The notes: generated from the letters alone by a model not told the origin. A stretch of 64,000 bases of DNA from an uncultured Poribacteria bacterium (GCA_958296135.2 CATQHZ020000001.1:2944001-3008000); one strand, 5' to 3'. Counted from the first letter of the stretch, positions 18,165 to 28,497 are shown. A program made the numbers and translations.

Positions 18165-20630
18165 CTATTTGAGCTTGTTTTCTTCGCCCGGTGTCATTTT
18201 TATCTGCCTGAGGGTGCCGGTGCCGTTAGGCCATCTGCCGAGGGCGGCATCCTTCTCTTGTTTGTCAAAGGCTACTTTGTCAAGCACCTGATTCCCCCGC
18301 GCATCGGTATCCACTAGCACGATGGTTTCCCCGCTTCTCGATAGTTTGAAGTTGGCGTGGAGTCCTTCGGGTGCCTTGCCATCTTCATCTAACCACACAA
18401 TGAGATACCCGCGCGCCGGAATAGCCGTGTTTTCGGGAAATTCCCACTTCGTGAGATTGTCCGTTTTGTCTGTCAGATACATCCCGGCTAGGTTCACCGT
18501 GTTATCGGTGACGTTGTGCAGTTCGAGCCAGTCTTCGTGCTGGCCCTGCGGGTCGGCGATGCTGTTCGTGTTGGCGGCCATCAACTCGTTAATGACGATG
18601 GTGCTCTTTTTCGCAACGGTAGTCCCGACGCGGTAATGTGCTGCGCCGCGTTCAGCGCGCGCGGGCCAAAAAGTCGTCGTGCCGTGGGTTGCTACCGCGT
18701 TCGCCTCAACGTAATAGTAGACTGTGGTGCTTGCCGGAAAAGCAGGGATTTCGCCGCGGGCTTCATCAGAGTCGGATGCGCCGCCCACAGGTTCCATTGC
18801 GACGTGATTGAAAACGCCGTGCCGGTTTGTGCCATAATACAACAAGACTGAATCTATTGCAACGGATTTATCCAGTTCCGCCTTAATTTCTACCGGCTGA
18901 TTCGCGATGGGTTCAGAAAGCGGTTTGGAGACGGCGATAATCTTCGGGACCGGTTTTTTCAATTCGGGATGATTGAGCAGATAGTTGCGTCTTTGTGTGA
19001 CGAAAGTTTTGATGCTTGGGGTGCCTCTGCCTGCAAAACCGTTTTCCTCGCCGCTGCTGAGCGCGTTCTCGAAGTCTTGATAGGCGTAGAGTTTCTTATC
19101 ATCTTCCCGTACTGCAGCGTCAATAAGTTCGTGATACTCGGTGACGACAGGTTGAATTACCTCCCAATCAAGCCATTCCTCAATAACGGTGCGGACGTGC
19201 GCGATATATCGGGCGCGCCAGTGCGGATGTGAAAGCAGTCGGTTGATGACGGGCCGTGCCGGATTGTTTTGATGCGTGACAGGCGATACCATGCCGCCGT
19301 CTATATCGCCCCATGTCCAGCCGCCTCCGGGTCCGCCCCGTCCGCCGCCTCTCGCGAATCGGAAGCTCTCATTGTTATCGTGCGATATCAGGTGGAATCT
19401 GCCGGTGATATCCTGATAAATGGCGTAATCGCCGCCTTTGTGGATGTAGCTGTCGTCATCCATGAAGACGTTTGCAATAGCAAGCTGCCACAGTGCACCG
19501 TCAATGTTGAAGACTAGGGCGAATCTTTCATCCAACACTGTATCCGGTGTTCCGCTGTCAAGGATTTGACAGAGCGCGATGAGGGATTTCCAAGAATCGT
19601 CGGCGTTCTTGGTTTTGAGTTGGTAATTCTCTTGGTAGGCTTGCAGGTTATCGCCTGAATAGACGAGCGCGCCACCGCCGGGGCCGACCTTCCATCGCAC
19701 GCCGGCTTTCGTGTCAAACCACTCGGCTAGAAAATCCTTGTTATACTGCTGTAGGTTGATGTAGATGCCCCAGTTTTCGCCGTTGATTACCAATTTGACA
19801 AAGTTGGATTTCATGGCGGGGATGTAATCGCGCGCGATGCGATTGTAAAGCACCTCGCGGAGAAAAGAGGCATCGACATGCCCGTTGAGCAGGTTAAGCG
19901 TTTTGTAGCCGTCGAGCCGCTGTCCATCAGTGCCGTAGTCAACGGCGATGTTGAACGACTTTTTCTCCGACTCCACCGTGAAGTAGGAGGACGAGCCGCG
20001 GAAGTGGACACCGACGTTCGGGTACACCTTCCCATCGACAACGAGTTCGGCGGGTACCTCCACGTCGGTGCGATAGAAGGCGTTCATCTGTTCGTACCAA
20101 TCTTCGTCGTGGAAGCGGAGATAGAAGGTGCGCAGTGTATCGCTATTATAGAGTGATGGTGAACCTTCAGGTTTTGCGTCGCGACTTGCGGCTACGTCGC
20201 TCTGGATATCGCCGCTCGGGGTGGCGGGGTTCAGCCGCTTGAGCTCGCCATCGAGGCGTGTGCTGAGTGCGGCTGTTCGTTCGCTACCGGTGAGTTTTCC
20301 ATCGCCATTGGTATCAAACTGCTCAACGATTTTTACTGCGGGCCCGGGCCCGCGCCGCCGGCCGCCAAATCTCGGCATTCCGCCGCGTCTGTCGCCATCT
20401 CTTTCCGCATTGAGGGTGCGATTGACATCCTCAATATCTTGGCGTGTGAATTTGTCGCCGGTGAACGCTTCGAGTCCAGTGACACGCAGCATGAGTTCAT
20501 CTTCTTCGGGGCTCAGTGTGCCGTTTCCATCCAGGTCGAACCGTTTCTGTTCGTCTGAAAGTTTGGCGTTGACGTTCATTGCGGCGGCGAGGCTAAGCAC
20601 GATGAGTGCCATTAAAGTGATGCGTTTCAT
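18165..20630 (-). CDS. CotH kinase family protein with EF-hands and C-terminal lamin-tail domain
   Basis: Signal peptide; DLDGNGTLS and DTNGDGKLT EF-hands; VGVHFRGSSS..KKSFNI, FLREVL, HDNNESF; LTD motif IVINELMAAN...DWLELHN. Confidence 0.9.
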   Translation of the reverse strand: MKRITLMALIVLSLAAAMNVNAKLSDEQKRFDLDGNGTLSPEEDELMLRVTGLEAFTGDKFTRQDIEDVNRTLNAERDGDRRGGMPRFGGRRRGPGPAVKIVEQFDTNGDGKLTGSERTAALSTRLDGELKRLNPATPSGDIQSDVAASRDAKPEGSPSLYNSDTLRTFYLRFHDEDWYEQMNAFYRTDVEVPAELVVDGKVYPNVGVHFRGSSSYFTVESEKKSFNIAVDYGTDGQRLDGYKTLNLLNGHVDASFLREVLYNRIARDYIPAMKSNFVKLVINGENWGIYINLQQYNKDFLAEWFDTKAGVRWKVGPGGGALVYSGDNLQAYQENYQLKTKNADDSWKSLIALCQILDSGTPDTVLDERFALVFNIDGALWQLAIANVFMDDDSYIHKGGDYAIYQDITGRFHLISHDNNESFRFARGGGRGGPGGGWTWGDIDGGMVSPVTHQNNPARPVINRLLSHPHWRARYIAHVRTVIEEWLDWEVIQPVVTEYHELIDAAVREDDKKLYAYQDFENALSSGEENGFAGRGTPSIKTFVTQRRNYLLNHPELKKPVPKIIAVSKPLSEPIANQPVEIKAELDKSVAIDSVLLYYGTNRHGVFNHVAMEPVGGASDSDEARGEIPAFPASTTVYYYVEANAVATHGTTTFWPARAERGAAHYRVGTTVAKKSTIVINELMAANTNSIADPQGQHEDWLELHNVTDNTVNLAGMYLTDKTDNLTKWEFPENTAIPARGYLIVWLDEDGKAPEGLHANFKLSRSGETIVLVDTDARGNQVLDKVAFDKQEKDAALGRWPNGTGTLRQIKMTPGEENKLK

Positions 20631-20729
20631 TAAATGAATTCTCCCTCCCGCGGACTGTAAAGACAGGTACCTATATCCGTCCATTTTCTGCGGGTGTAGT
20701 GGGCGGCAACCCTAGATATCCGCCCTTCG

Positions 20730-21419
20730 TTATTCCTTGTCTAATTTTATGTCGGTGACATTTTCGATTTCTGACAGTGCGTTAAAAAAGGTGAGCCATT
20801 CGTCAGGTTTTGCCAATTTCACGCGGAATGTCAGTTCAACTTGCCCAGCTCTCTTAATCCGTTTTTCAAGGAGGCGTTCGTAAACGAGATGCTTCTGAAA
20901 AACGGTGCGGTAAACGGTTTCGGCTCCCGGGTCAGGTGGCAGGCAAAATTCGAGGCTAAATTCGTTATCGTCGCCGAGCCGCTGGTGCCAGTGGTGCATC
21001 CCGAGGATGATGATGCCGATGAGGAAGGTAGCCAAGATTGCAACAGATGGGTTTCCTGCTCCGACTGCCATGCCTACGGCGAGTGCATAAAACACGAAGG
21101 CGATATCACGCGGGTCTTGCACCGCGGTCCGAAATCGGATGATAGACAGTGCGCCGACGAGGCTAAACGCCCGTGCGATGCTGTCTCCGATGATTACCAT
21201 TACGACAGAGATGAGCATGCAGAGGATGATAAGCGTGTCGGTAAACGATTTTTGCGGGACTTTGGTGTGCGTCCATTGGTAAATCTTAACAACAAAGGTG
21301 CCGAGCGCGAATGCGAGGAGCAGTCTGAGTGCATCTGCGCCGAGCGCTATGAGCGGCGGCAGTGTTAAAAATTCGGTTAAGATGTGCATGCCGTTTTGCC
21401 AATCAAGAGTCTGTGCCAA
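20730..21419 (-). CDS. DUF4956 domain membrane protein
   Basis: IARAFSLVGALSIIRFRTA..DPRDIAFVF motif; start codon uncertain. Confidence 0.88.
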   Translation of the reverse strand: MAQTLDWQNGMHILTEFLTLPPLIALGADALRLLLAFALGTFVVKIYQWTHTKVPQKSFTDTLIILCMLISVVMVIIGDSIARAFSLVGALSIIRFRTAVQDPRDIAFVFYALAVGMAVGAGNPSVAILATFLIGIIILGMHHWHQRLGDDNEFSLEFCLPPDPGAETVYRTVFQKHLVYERLLEKRIKRAGQVELTFRVKLAKPDEWLTFFNALSEIENVTDIKLDKE

Positions 21420-21597
21420 TTATATCATGATTAGACAAATTTGTGTAGAAAATGTTTGAAAATTATGATAGGATGGGCGCAAGTTCCTAAGATGCTTTTT
21501 CGGTAGGCGCGCTTTGATGCGGATAAAGAAAAGAGCTGGGTAATTTTTCGCGCGGGCTGCGGGCGGATATGGACATCCGCCGTTACAGGCGGTATTC

Positions 21598-23106
21598 TTA
21601 TCCCTGCTTACGAAGGACTACGCCCACAAACGCCGCCGAAATCAACAGCATTACGAGGGCGTAAGGTGCTCCCTCGGCAAACATCGCTTCTGTTGTGTAG
21701 CTCCATACATTCAGTGCCAGCGTCTCATAGCCAGCTGGCGATAGGAGCAATGTGAGCGGCAATTCCTTCATTGTTGCGAGGAAAACGAGGGCGGTGGCGG
21801 TTAGCATGCCGCGGATGAGGAGCGGGAAGAGGGTTCGGAAGAACGCCTGTATTGATGAATATCCGAGTGAGCGTGCTGCTTCTTCTAAGTGCGGCGAAGC
21901 CTGATAAATCGAACTTCGCACCGGTCCAACCGCCTCTGCCAAGAAGTGTAAGGTGCATGCGTAGATAAGTACCGGCAACGTCTTATAGATAAACGGCATG
22001 CTGTTGAGGACGAAAAAGATGAGCGAGAGCGCGAACGCGAGCGGCGGGAGTGCGTAGACGATGTAGGCGATGCGTCCTAGCGTGTCTGATAGGCGCGATG
22101 GGTGCCGCACGTTCAGATAAGCGAACGGCACGGCTATCACTGCACAGAGTGCTCCTGTCGGAAGTGCGATGGACAGCGAACCGATGAGGCCTTTTATCAG
22201 CCCGGGGGTTATCTGTCCATCTCCTTGTCCCATCCAGAAGAGAATGCTTCCTATAGGGATGGCGACGGTGACGAACCCCAGTAAGCTGAGAAAAAAATAG
22301 GCGGCGGTGCGCCCCGGTCCGCCGAGCGATACAAGCGATAGGTGTCGTGCGGTGCCGCGTCCCGCGCGGTGGAGCCTCATCCGTTTGAGGAGTCGTGCTT
22401 CAAGAGCGAGGAGGCTGGCAGTAAAGGCGAGGAGCATCAGTGCGAGCCATGCTGCGGAAATGTGCTCAAATGAGAGCATGTATTCGGTGTAAAGTGCGTA
22501 ACTGAAGGTTTCGTAGCGCATCAGGGACACGACACCGAAGTCGCCAAGCACGTGTAGACTGATGAGCAGCCCGCTTGCGTAGAAGGCGGGCCGCAGCTGC
22601 GGGAGGATGACGTAGAAGAAAACTTCGCGATACCGATGGCCGAGGCTTCGCGCGGCTTCCTCTAAGCTCGGGTCGAGTCCCAACAGCGCGCTGCGCAGAT
22701 TGAGGAAGAGATAGGGGCTCGTGTAAGCACTGAGCGCGATGAGCGCGCCCCAGTAGCCGCTGAGTCGCGGGAAGCGCGCGCTTAGCGGAAAAAGTTGGGC
22801 GACAATACCGTTGTTGCCGCCAAGCGCGAGCAGCGCATAAGCCATCACGTAGCCGGGGATGGCCAGCGGCAAGACGCACAGCACCGTCCAAAAGCGTCTG
22901 GCGCGGAGATTCGTCCGGCTCGTCAACCAGGCTGCGGGCATTGCTAGCAAGATGTCAAGCGTCAGCACGCCGATGGCTAGCAGCAGCGTATTGAGGAAGA
23001 GCTCCCCGTTTCGCCAGCGGAAGACGATGTCTGAAAGGACGGTGGCTTCTGCGGAGAAGGCTTTGGCAAACAGATAGCCGAGCGGCATGAGCCCGCCACT
23101 CCCCAC
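21598..23106 (-). CDS. Fe3+ ABC transporter permease (FbpB/SfuB-like)
   Basis: Two EAA motifs (LEEAARSLG); multiple TM helices; start codon uncertain. Confidence 0.92.
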   Translation of the reverse strand: MGSGGLMPLGYLFAKAFSAEATVLSDIVFRWRNGELFLNTLLLAIGVLTLDILLAMPAAWLTSRTNLRARRFWTVLCVLPLAIPGYVMAYALLALGGNNGIVAQLFPLSARFPRLSGYWGALIALSAYTSPYLFLNLRSALLGLDPSLEEAARSLGHRYREVFFYVILPQLRPAFYASGLLISLHVLGDFGVVSLMRYETFSYALYTEYMLSFEHISAAWLALMLLAFTASLLALEARLLKRMRLHRAGRGTARHLSLVSLGGPGRTAAYFFLSLLGFVTVAIPIGSILFWMGQGDGQITPGLIKGLIGSLSIALPTGALCAVIAVPFAYLNVRHPSRLSDTLGRIAYIVYALPPLAFALSLIFFVLNSMPFIYKTLPVLIYACTLHFLAEAVGPVRSSIYQASPHLEEAARSLGYSSIQAFFRTLFPLLIRGMLTATALVFLATMKELPLTLLLSPAGYETLALNVWSYTTEAMFAEGAPYALVMLLISAAFVGVVLRKQG

Positions 23107-23230
23107 GGCGATTGCAATGGCGAAAAAATAGCGGTGGATTCCGACAGGCCCACCCAGTTTTAGCGATTTGATGTCCTACCTACCTTATTTTCACCGGCGC
23201 GCGGCAGCTTGTCCCCGTGTGGTTTTCTCG

Positions 23231-24238
23231 CTATAAAATGCCGACCTTCCGCAATAACGCGAGGGTTCCCTCGAGGTCATCCATCTCATTCAGATCGAAC
23301 GTTGGCACAAGTTTGAGCAGTGCCGGCAAGGGTATTAAGTTTGCATTCGGAATTACGCCGTCAATCACCGGATATTCAAAGACTTCGCTGACGAAGAACT
23401 GCTGCGCCTTCGCCGAGAGCAAGAACTCCACGAATGTCAGCGCGGTCTTCTGATGCTTGCTACTTTTCAGTATCCCGATGCCTGCGACGTTGACGAGGTT
23501 GCCCGGGTCGTTCGCCTTAAAGAAGGTTTGCGCGACAGGGAAATTGGCGTTGCTCTTTTTGAAACGGAGCAAGTAATAGTGGTTCGGTAGCCCGATGTCT
23601 ATTTCCCCTGCGGCGAGTGCTTCAATGATAGGGGTATTTTTCGCGTAAGTCTTCGCGCCGTTTTCCTTCATCCCGCGGAGCCATTCTTCTGCGCGCGTCT
23701 CGCCGGCTTGCATCCGCATTGCGGTGACAAACGCTTGGAAGGAGGCGTTGCGCGGTGCCCAGCCGATTCTGTTCTTCCACATCGGCTGCGTTAGTTCAAA
23801 CACACTTTTGGGAAGTTGCTCGGTAGTGATGCGTTCTGGGCTATAGGCGAGGACGCGCGCCCTGCCGCTCGTCGCGACCCAGGAGCCGTCGGCGTGGCGG
23901 AAATTCGCTGGAACTTTTTCCTGAATAGCCTCGGGTAGTTTGGCAAACAGTCCCTTTTTGCTGACGGCACCGAGTGCGCCGGCATCTTGTGCCCAAAACA
24001 GCGCGGCGGGGCTTTTCTCTCCCTCAGTCATGAGGGCGGCGGCGAGTTGGGTGGTATTGCCGTAGCTGACTTTCACGGTAATGCCGGTTTCCTTCTCAAA
24101 CTGCTGGATGAGCGGTTGGACGAGGCTTTTGCTTCTGCCGGAATAGAGTGTCAGTTCCTCAGCTGCGTCTATGTTCCCGCTGATGGGAAATAAGAGCAGC
24201 GCGGTTAATAAAACGTAAGTCATTGCGTGTTTAAACAT
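23231..24238 (-). CDS. Fe3+ ABC transporter substrate-binding protein (FbpA/FutA-like)
   Basis: LTLYSGR, FEKETGI, NHYY iron-ligand motif, FEYP. Confidence 0.92.
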   Translation of the reverse strand: MFKHAMTYVLLTALLLFPISGNIDAAEELTLYSGRSKSLVQPLIQQFEKETGITVKVSYGNTTQLAAALMTEGEKSPAALFWAQDAGALGAVSKKGLFAKLPEAIQEKVPANFRHADGSWVATSGRARVLAYSPERITTEQLPKSVFELTQPMWKNRIGWAPRNASFQAFVTAMRMQAGETRAEEWLRGMKENGAKTYAKNTPIIEALAAGEIDIGLPNHYYLLRFKKSNANFPVAQTFFKANDPGNLVNVAGIGILKSSKHQKTALTFVEFLLSAKAQQFFVSEVFEYPVIDGVIPNANLIPLPALLKLVPTFDLNEMDDLEGTLALLRKVGIL

Positions 24239-24433
24239 TATTATCTCCTTTTTTTATCGTACGGAAACAGTAGGCCGGTGCCGTAGGCGCGCTTTGCAAG
24301 CGCACCCTAGTTCCTGCGCGGTTGGAAACCGCGCCTACCGGTGTGAATGACAGTCTTGGCGTAAGTCCTGTATGGAAATCTGTCCTTCCCAACTTTGACA
24401 GGAATGCTGCCAATAAGTTTGGATAAAGTGATG

Positions 24434-25456
24434 TTAACGCTTTGGGACGACTTTCCAACGCGTCAACATTCCTGCGGTAATATGGTCAGCGACGTGACAG
24501 TGATAGAGCCAATTTCCCGGCGTTTTGGCAATCATATCGACGGTAATCATGGTGCCAGGGAGGAGTTCTACCACGTCGGTGCGTCTGCCGGCGTTCAGTA
24601 CGGTTTGGCCGTGCCAATGCGCCGTGTGCATGTCAACTTCGGTGCCTAAACCGATGAGGTGCCAGCGTACTCTGTCGCCTTGTTCGACTTCCAATCCCTG
24701 CAGGTTTCCGAAGATGAACCCGTTAATAGCGTGTTTAAGATTGCCTTCTTCCTCTTCTTCGGGGGATTCATATTCGGTGCGCTGTCCACTTTTGACAATC
24801 TCCCTGCCGTTTTCATTGAAAATCAGGAAGAGAGTGGTAAACGCCTTGTCAATGTCCGTTGGCCGCGAGTCTGCCTTGGAACGTTCCATGCCCTTTTTAG
24901 TTACCACGATAGTTCCGATTAGGCCATCGTAGACTTCAGTCACCGCGTCGACATGCGAGTGATAAAGCCAGACGATAGACGACGGATCGGCGGGTCCTGG
25001 CGCGGCATCGGTATTCGCTTCCCAATGGTAGGTGAAGGTGCCGCCCGGTGGTACGGAGGCCCCAGAGCCCTTCATATCTGCGCCTTCGTTTTCTTCGTCA
25101 TATTGCAATCCATGGACGTGGATGCTGAGCGGTTTGTCGGCGTTGTTGCGGAAATGCACTTTGACGCTATCGCCTTCCACGGCGCGCAGTTGCGGCCCGA
25201 GGATGCCCATCCACAGGGGCTGTTCGACCTGGGTGGTGTAGGTATCATCGGTGTACTGAATGTAGCGATATTTCTGATAGACGAGTGCCTTCCCCCAAAC
25301 GTCCAGTCCCATCGCCTGGCGGATGAGGTTTTGTCCGCTGGGAGCGTAGTTCCATTCCACTTTCTCTGCGGCGAGCCAGTATTCCCGCGTGGCGGCATCG
25401 ACATGCGCCGCACTGATGCAGAGCAACAGCGCGACCGTGGTTCTTAGTGTTATCAT
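24434..25456 (-). CDS. Two-domain multicopper oxidase, ceruloplasmin/hephaestin-like
   Basis: SIHVHG, WLYHSH, HTAHWHG, WLYHCHVADHITAGM copper motifs; signal peptide. Confidence 0.9.
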   Translation of the reverse strand: MITLRTTVALLLCISAAHVDAATREYWLAAEKVEWNYAPSGQNLIRQAMGLDVWGKALVYQKYRYIQYTDDTYTTQVEQPLWMGILGPQLRAVEGDSVKVHFRNNADKPLSIHVHGLQYDEENEGADMKGSGASVPPGGTFTYHWEANTDAAPGPADPSSIVWLYHSHVDAVTEVYDGLIGTIVVTKKGMERSKADSRPTDIDKAFTTLFLIFNENGREIVKSGQRTEYESPEEEEEGNLKHAINGFIFGNLQGLEVEQGDRVRWHLIGLGTEVDMHTAHWHGQTVLNAGRRTDVVELLPGTMITVDMIAKTPGNWLYHCHVADHITAGMLTRWKVVPKR

Positions 25457-25475
25457 GATATTGAGTCTCATTTTC
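25457..25475. promoter_or_regulatory. Putative Fur box
   Basis: GATATTGAGTCTCATTTTC matches GATAATGATAATCATTATC at 14/19 and abuts the oxidase start codon upstream of iron-uptake genes. Confidence 0.6.
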
Positions 25476-25594
25476 AAAAATACACAAGGTTATGCAACGA
25501 GTTCTCGCCAAAAAACGAGTTTGGCATAAATTTGCTATCAATTATACCACAAAAAACGCGGTTTGTCAAAACAATTTTCTATTGCCTAAAAAGG

Positions 25595-25624
25595 TTGACA
25601 ACAAAGTGTGATTAAGTGTATAAT
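25595..25624 (+). promoter_or_regulatory. Putative sigma70 promoter
   Basis: TTGACA-N18-TATAAT. Confidence 0.65.
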
Positions 25625-25684
25625 TAAAAACAAGTTGAGGAAGCATCATCAAATCTGGCTTTCCTCTTCAGGAAGGAGCAGACC

Positions 25685-26365
25685 ATGGAATTTAGTTTCG
25701 TGACTTTTAGTCTCATTGACATAGGATTGCTCAGCATTAGTGTGCTAGGCCTCTTAGTATTGCTGCGGAGGAACAAGGCCTTAAAGGCAGAAATTGAGGT
25801 GCTAGAGGCAGAAATTGAGGTGCTAAAGGCAGCAAACAAAGCGCAGACGGAGGAATTTGCGGCTTATCGACAAGAGGCAGATCTCCGGTATAACGCGCAG
25901 ACGGAGGAATTTGCGGCTTATCGACAAGAGGCAGATCTCCGATATAACGCGCAGACGGAGGAATTTGCGGCTTATCAACAGGACGCAGATCTCCGGTATA
26001 AAGAACTTCAAAGCACCTCGGATCGGCGATACAACACGTTCAAGCAGGAAGCCGCCGAACGTCAGAGTGCATCAGAGCGGCAATACGACGCGTTCAAGAA
26101 GGAAGCCGCCGAACGTCAGAGTGCATCAGAGCAGCAATACGACACGCTCAAGAAGGAAGCCGCCGAACGTCAGAGTGCCTCGGATCGGCGATACAACACA
26201 CTCAAGGAAGAAAACGCGGGCCTCCAGAAAGAAGTCGGCGAACAACGACGGGAAATCGTTACCCAAGCCGGCATCCTTGAGGAGCTCAAAATCGGGTTCC
26301 ATCAGTTGCGCGGGCGATACGACGAGATCAAAGAACTTTTGATGAAACTCCTTGACAAAATCTAA
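25685..26365 (+). CDS. Membrane-anchored coiled-coil protein with 18-aa tandem repeats
   Basis: N-terminal TM; AQTEEFAAYRQEADLRYN x3 and KKEAAERQSASE.QYD-type x3 (54-bp units); AAGGAG RBS. Confidence 0.8.
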   Translation: MEFSFVTFSLIDIGLLSISVLGLLVLLRRNKALKAEIEVLEAEIEVLKAANKAQTEEFAAYRQEADLRYNAQTEEFAAYRQEADLRYNAQTEEFAAYQQDADLRYKELQSTSDRRYNTFKQEAAERQSASERQYDAFKKEAAERQSASEQQYDTLKKEAAERQSASDRRYNTLKEENAGLQKEVGEQRREIVTQAGILEELKIGFHQLRGRYDEIKELLMKLLDKI

Positions 26366-26385
26366 GCATCGGGAATACGAAGTTT

Positions 26386-26829
26386 ATGAACATTCTTGTT
26401 ATCCACGGCCCCAATCTGCATCTTTTAGGCAAACGTCAGCCAGAGATTTACGGGCATCAAACGCTGGAAGACATCAACGCCGCGTTGGACCGGCAGGCCG
26501 CCGCTTCGCCTCACGACGTGATGCTGAAAATCTTCCAGTCAAACCACGAAGGCGAAATCGTCTCCGTTATCGGGGGACATATCAATTGGGCAGATGGTGT
26601 TCTGATTAATCCGGCGGCGTATACGCATACCAGCATCGCTATCCGCGATGCGATATCTACCGTGGCGTTGCCCGTCATCGAAATCCACCTCTCTAATATC
26701 TATGCGCGCGAAGCATTCCGGCACCACTCTTACATCTCTGCTGTTGCGCTCGGCGTGATAGGCGGTTTCGGCGCGCAGAGTTACACGCTCGCGCTTGAGG
26801 CGATGATCCAACACTTGCAAGCAGGATAA
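26386..26829 (+). CDS. aroQ: Type II 3-dehydroquinate dehydratase
   Basis: HGPNL.LLG.R.P.IYG, QSNHEG, INPAAYTHTS, EIHLSNIYARE motifs. Confidence 0.97.
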   Translation: MNILVIHGPNLHLLGKRQPEIYGHQTLEDINAALDRQAAASPHDVMLKIFQSNHEGEIVSVIGGHINWADGVLINPAAYTHTSIAIRDAISTVALPVIEIHLSNIYAREAFRHHSYISAVALGVIGGFGAQSYTLALEAMIQHLQAG

Positions 26830-26840
26830 AGGAATTGTTT

Positions 26841-27986
26841 ATGTCGAAGAACCGTTTTATACCCTTCAGCCGGCCGTGGATTGACGAAACCGAGATAGCC
26901 GCGGTTAGCGAAGTGCTTGCATCTCAATGGATTAGCACGGGTGCTAAGGTACGCGAATTTGAACGCGCTTTCGCCGAATACATCGGTGTCAAGCACGCAA
27001 TCGCTGTGAGTTCCTGCACTGCAGCGTTGCATCTCAGCCTCGTCGCGACGGGGATAGGCAGCGGCGATGAGGTGATTACTACGCCTTATACCTTCACCGC
27101 CACCGCCGAGGCGATTCGGTATGTCGGCGCGCGGCCGGTTTTTGTTGATATTGACGAACGGACGTTGAACATGGACATCGCCAACATCGAAGCGGCGATA
27201 ACCCCACGCACGAAGGCAATTCTGCCGGTTCATATTGCTGGACTTCCGTGTGACATGACCGCGTTGCAGGCCTTATGCCGCAAGCACAACCTCGCCCTCA
27301 TTGACGATGCCGCGCACGCTATCCCCGCGGCATATAATGGACGCTACATCGGTTCCCTCGGCGACGTTTCTGCCTTCAGTTTCTACGCGAATAAAAATCT
27401 GACGACAGCGGAAGGCGGTATGATTACGACGAACAGCGACGCGCTCGCGGCACCGCTCCGCACCATGCGCCTCCACGGTATTGATAGAGATGCGTGGGCG
27501 CGTCAATCGCGCCGCAGCATCTGGCGTTACGATATCACCACCGAAGGCTACAAATATAACATGACGGACATTCAGGCGGCGATGGGGCTGTGTCAATTGA
27601 TGAAACTCAATAAACAGCACGAACGCCGGCGGCATTTCACGCAAATCTATCAGACTGAATTGGCAAAGTTTGCCGAGATCAGGCTACCGTTTTTTCCGGC
27701 TAATCCGAGGGAGCACGCGTGGCATCTCTATATCATCCAGCTCCTTTCTCACGACCGGGATGCGTTTATTGATGCGATGCGCGCGGCAGACATTGAGTGT
27801 AGCGTCCACTACATCCCGCTGCACCTCTTCCGATTTTATCAAGAACAATACGGGTATCGCGAGGGCGATTTCCCGCGCGCCGAAGCGGCGTTTGAACGGG
27901 TTGTGAGTCTGCCGCTCCATCCCGGTTTAACGGAAGCGGACGTGCGTGCCGTGATTGCGGCCATTTGTAAATTTCTGGGTGGTTGA
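26841..27986 (+). CDS. DegT/DnrJ/EryC1/StrS PLP aminotransferase
   Basis: SSCTAALH, DDAAHA, SFYANKNLTTAEGG motifs. Confidence 0.95.
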   Translation: MSKNRFIPFSRPWIDETEIAAVSEVLASQWISTGAKVREFERAFAEYIGVKHAIAVSSCTAALHLSLVATGIGSGDEVITTPYTFTATAEAIRYVGARPVFVDIDERTLNMDIANIEAAITPRTKAILPVHIAGLPCDMTALQALCRKHNLALIDDAAHAIPAAYNGRYIGSLGDVSAFSFYANKNLTTAEGGMITTNSDALAAPLRTMRLHGIDRDAWARQSRRSIWRYDITTEGYKYNMTDIQAAMGLCQLMKLNKQHERRRHFTQIYQTELAKFAEIRLPFFPANPREHAWHLYIIQLLSHDRDAFIDAMRAADIECSVHYIPLHLFRFYQEQYGYREGDFPRAEAAFERVVSLPLHPGLTEADVRAVIAAICKFLGG

Positions 27987-28011
27987 GCCAATCGGCTAGC
28001 GGAGGAATGAT

Positions 28012-28497
28012 ATGACTGTTATGCAGCTCTGCTTCTCATTTCAAGGGCGAATCAGCAGAAAGACGTATTGGGTGATGCAATGCATCTTGTTTGCCCTTAC
28101 CGTCATTTTGTACGTTATCGTCAATAGGATTACCGTTCCCGCTGAGGCTTATTACGATCGGATTCAGTCCCTCGGAGATTTGCTAGATGTCACTGTGCTA
28201 CTATTGATGCCGACAGTTTATGTCAACTTAGTCGTTATTGGAATAATTGTCGCTCCTGTTGGCACTTTGACATCTCTCGCGTCCTCATCAGGTTTCTTCT
28301 TTCTGCTGCTAGCACCAGTTTTGGTAAACTTTGCCATTTTGGTGAAACGTTGGCATGACAGGAACAAATCGGCGTGGTGGGCATTCATTCATCTCGTCCC
28401 AATTATCGGTTCCGTTTGGACATTCGTTGAATGCGGCTTTTTCAGAGGCACGACCGGCGAGAACCGTTTCGGCCACGACCTCTTACAACTCCGATGA
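28012..28497 (+). CDS. DUF805 membrane protein
   Basis: FSFQGRISRKTYW, VKRWHDRNKSAWW, GTTGENRFG motifs. Confidence 0.9.
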   Translation: MTVMQLCFSFQGRISRKTYWVMQCILFALTVILYVIVNRITVPAEAYYDRIQSLGDLLDVTVLLLMPTVYVNLVVIGIIVAPVGTLTSLASSSGFFFLLLAPVLVNFAILVKRWHDRNKSAWWAFIHLVPIIGSVWTFVECGFFRGTTGENRFGHDLLQLR

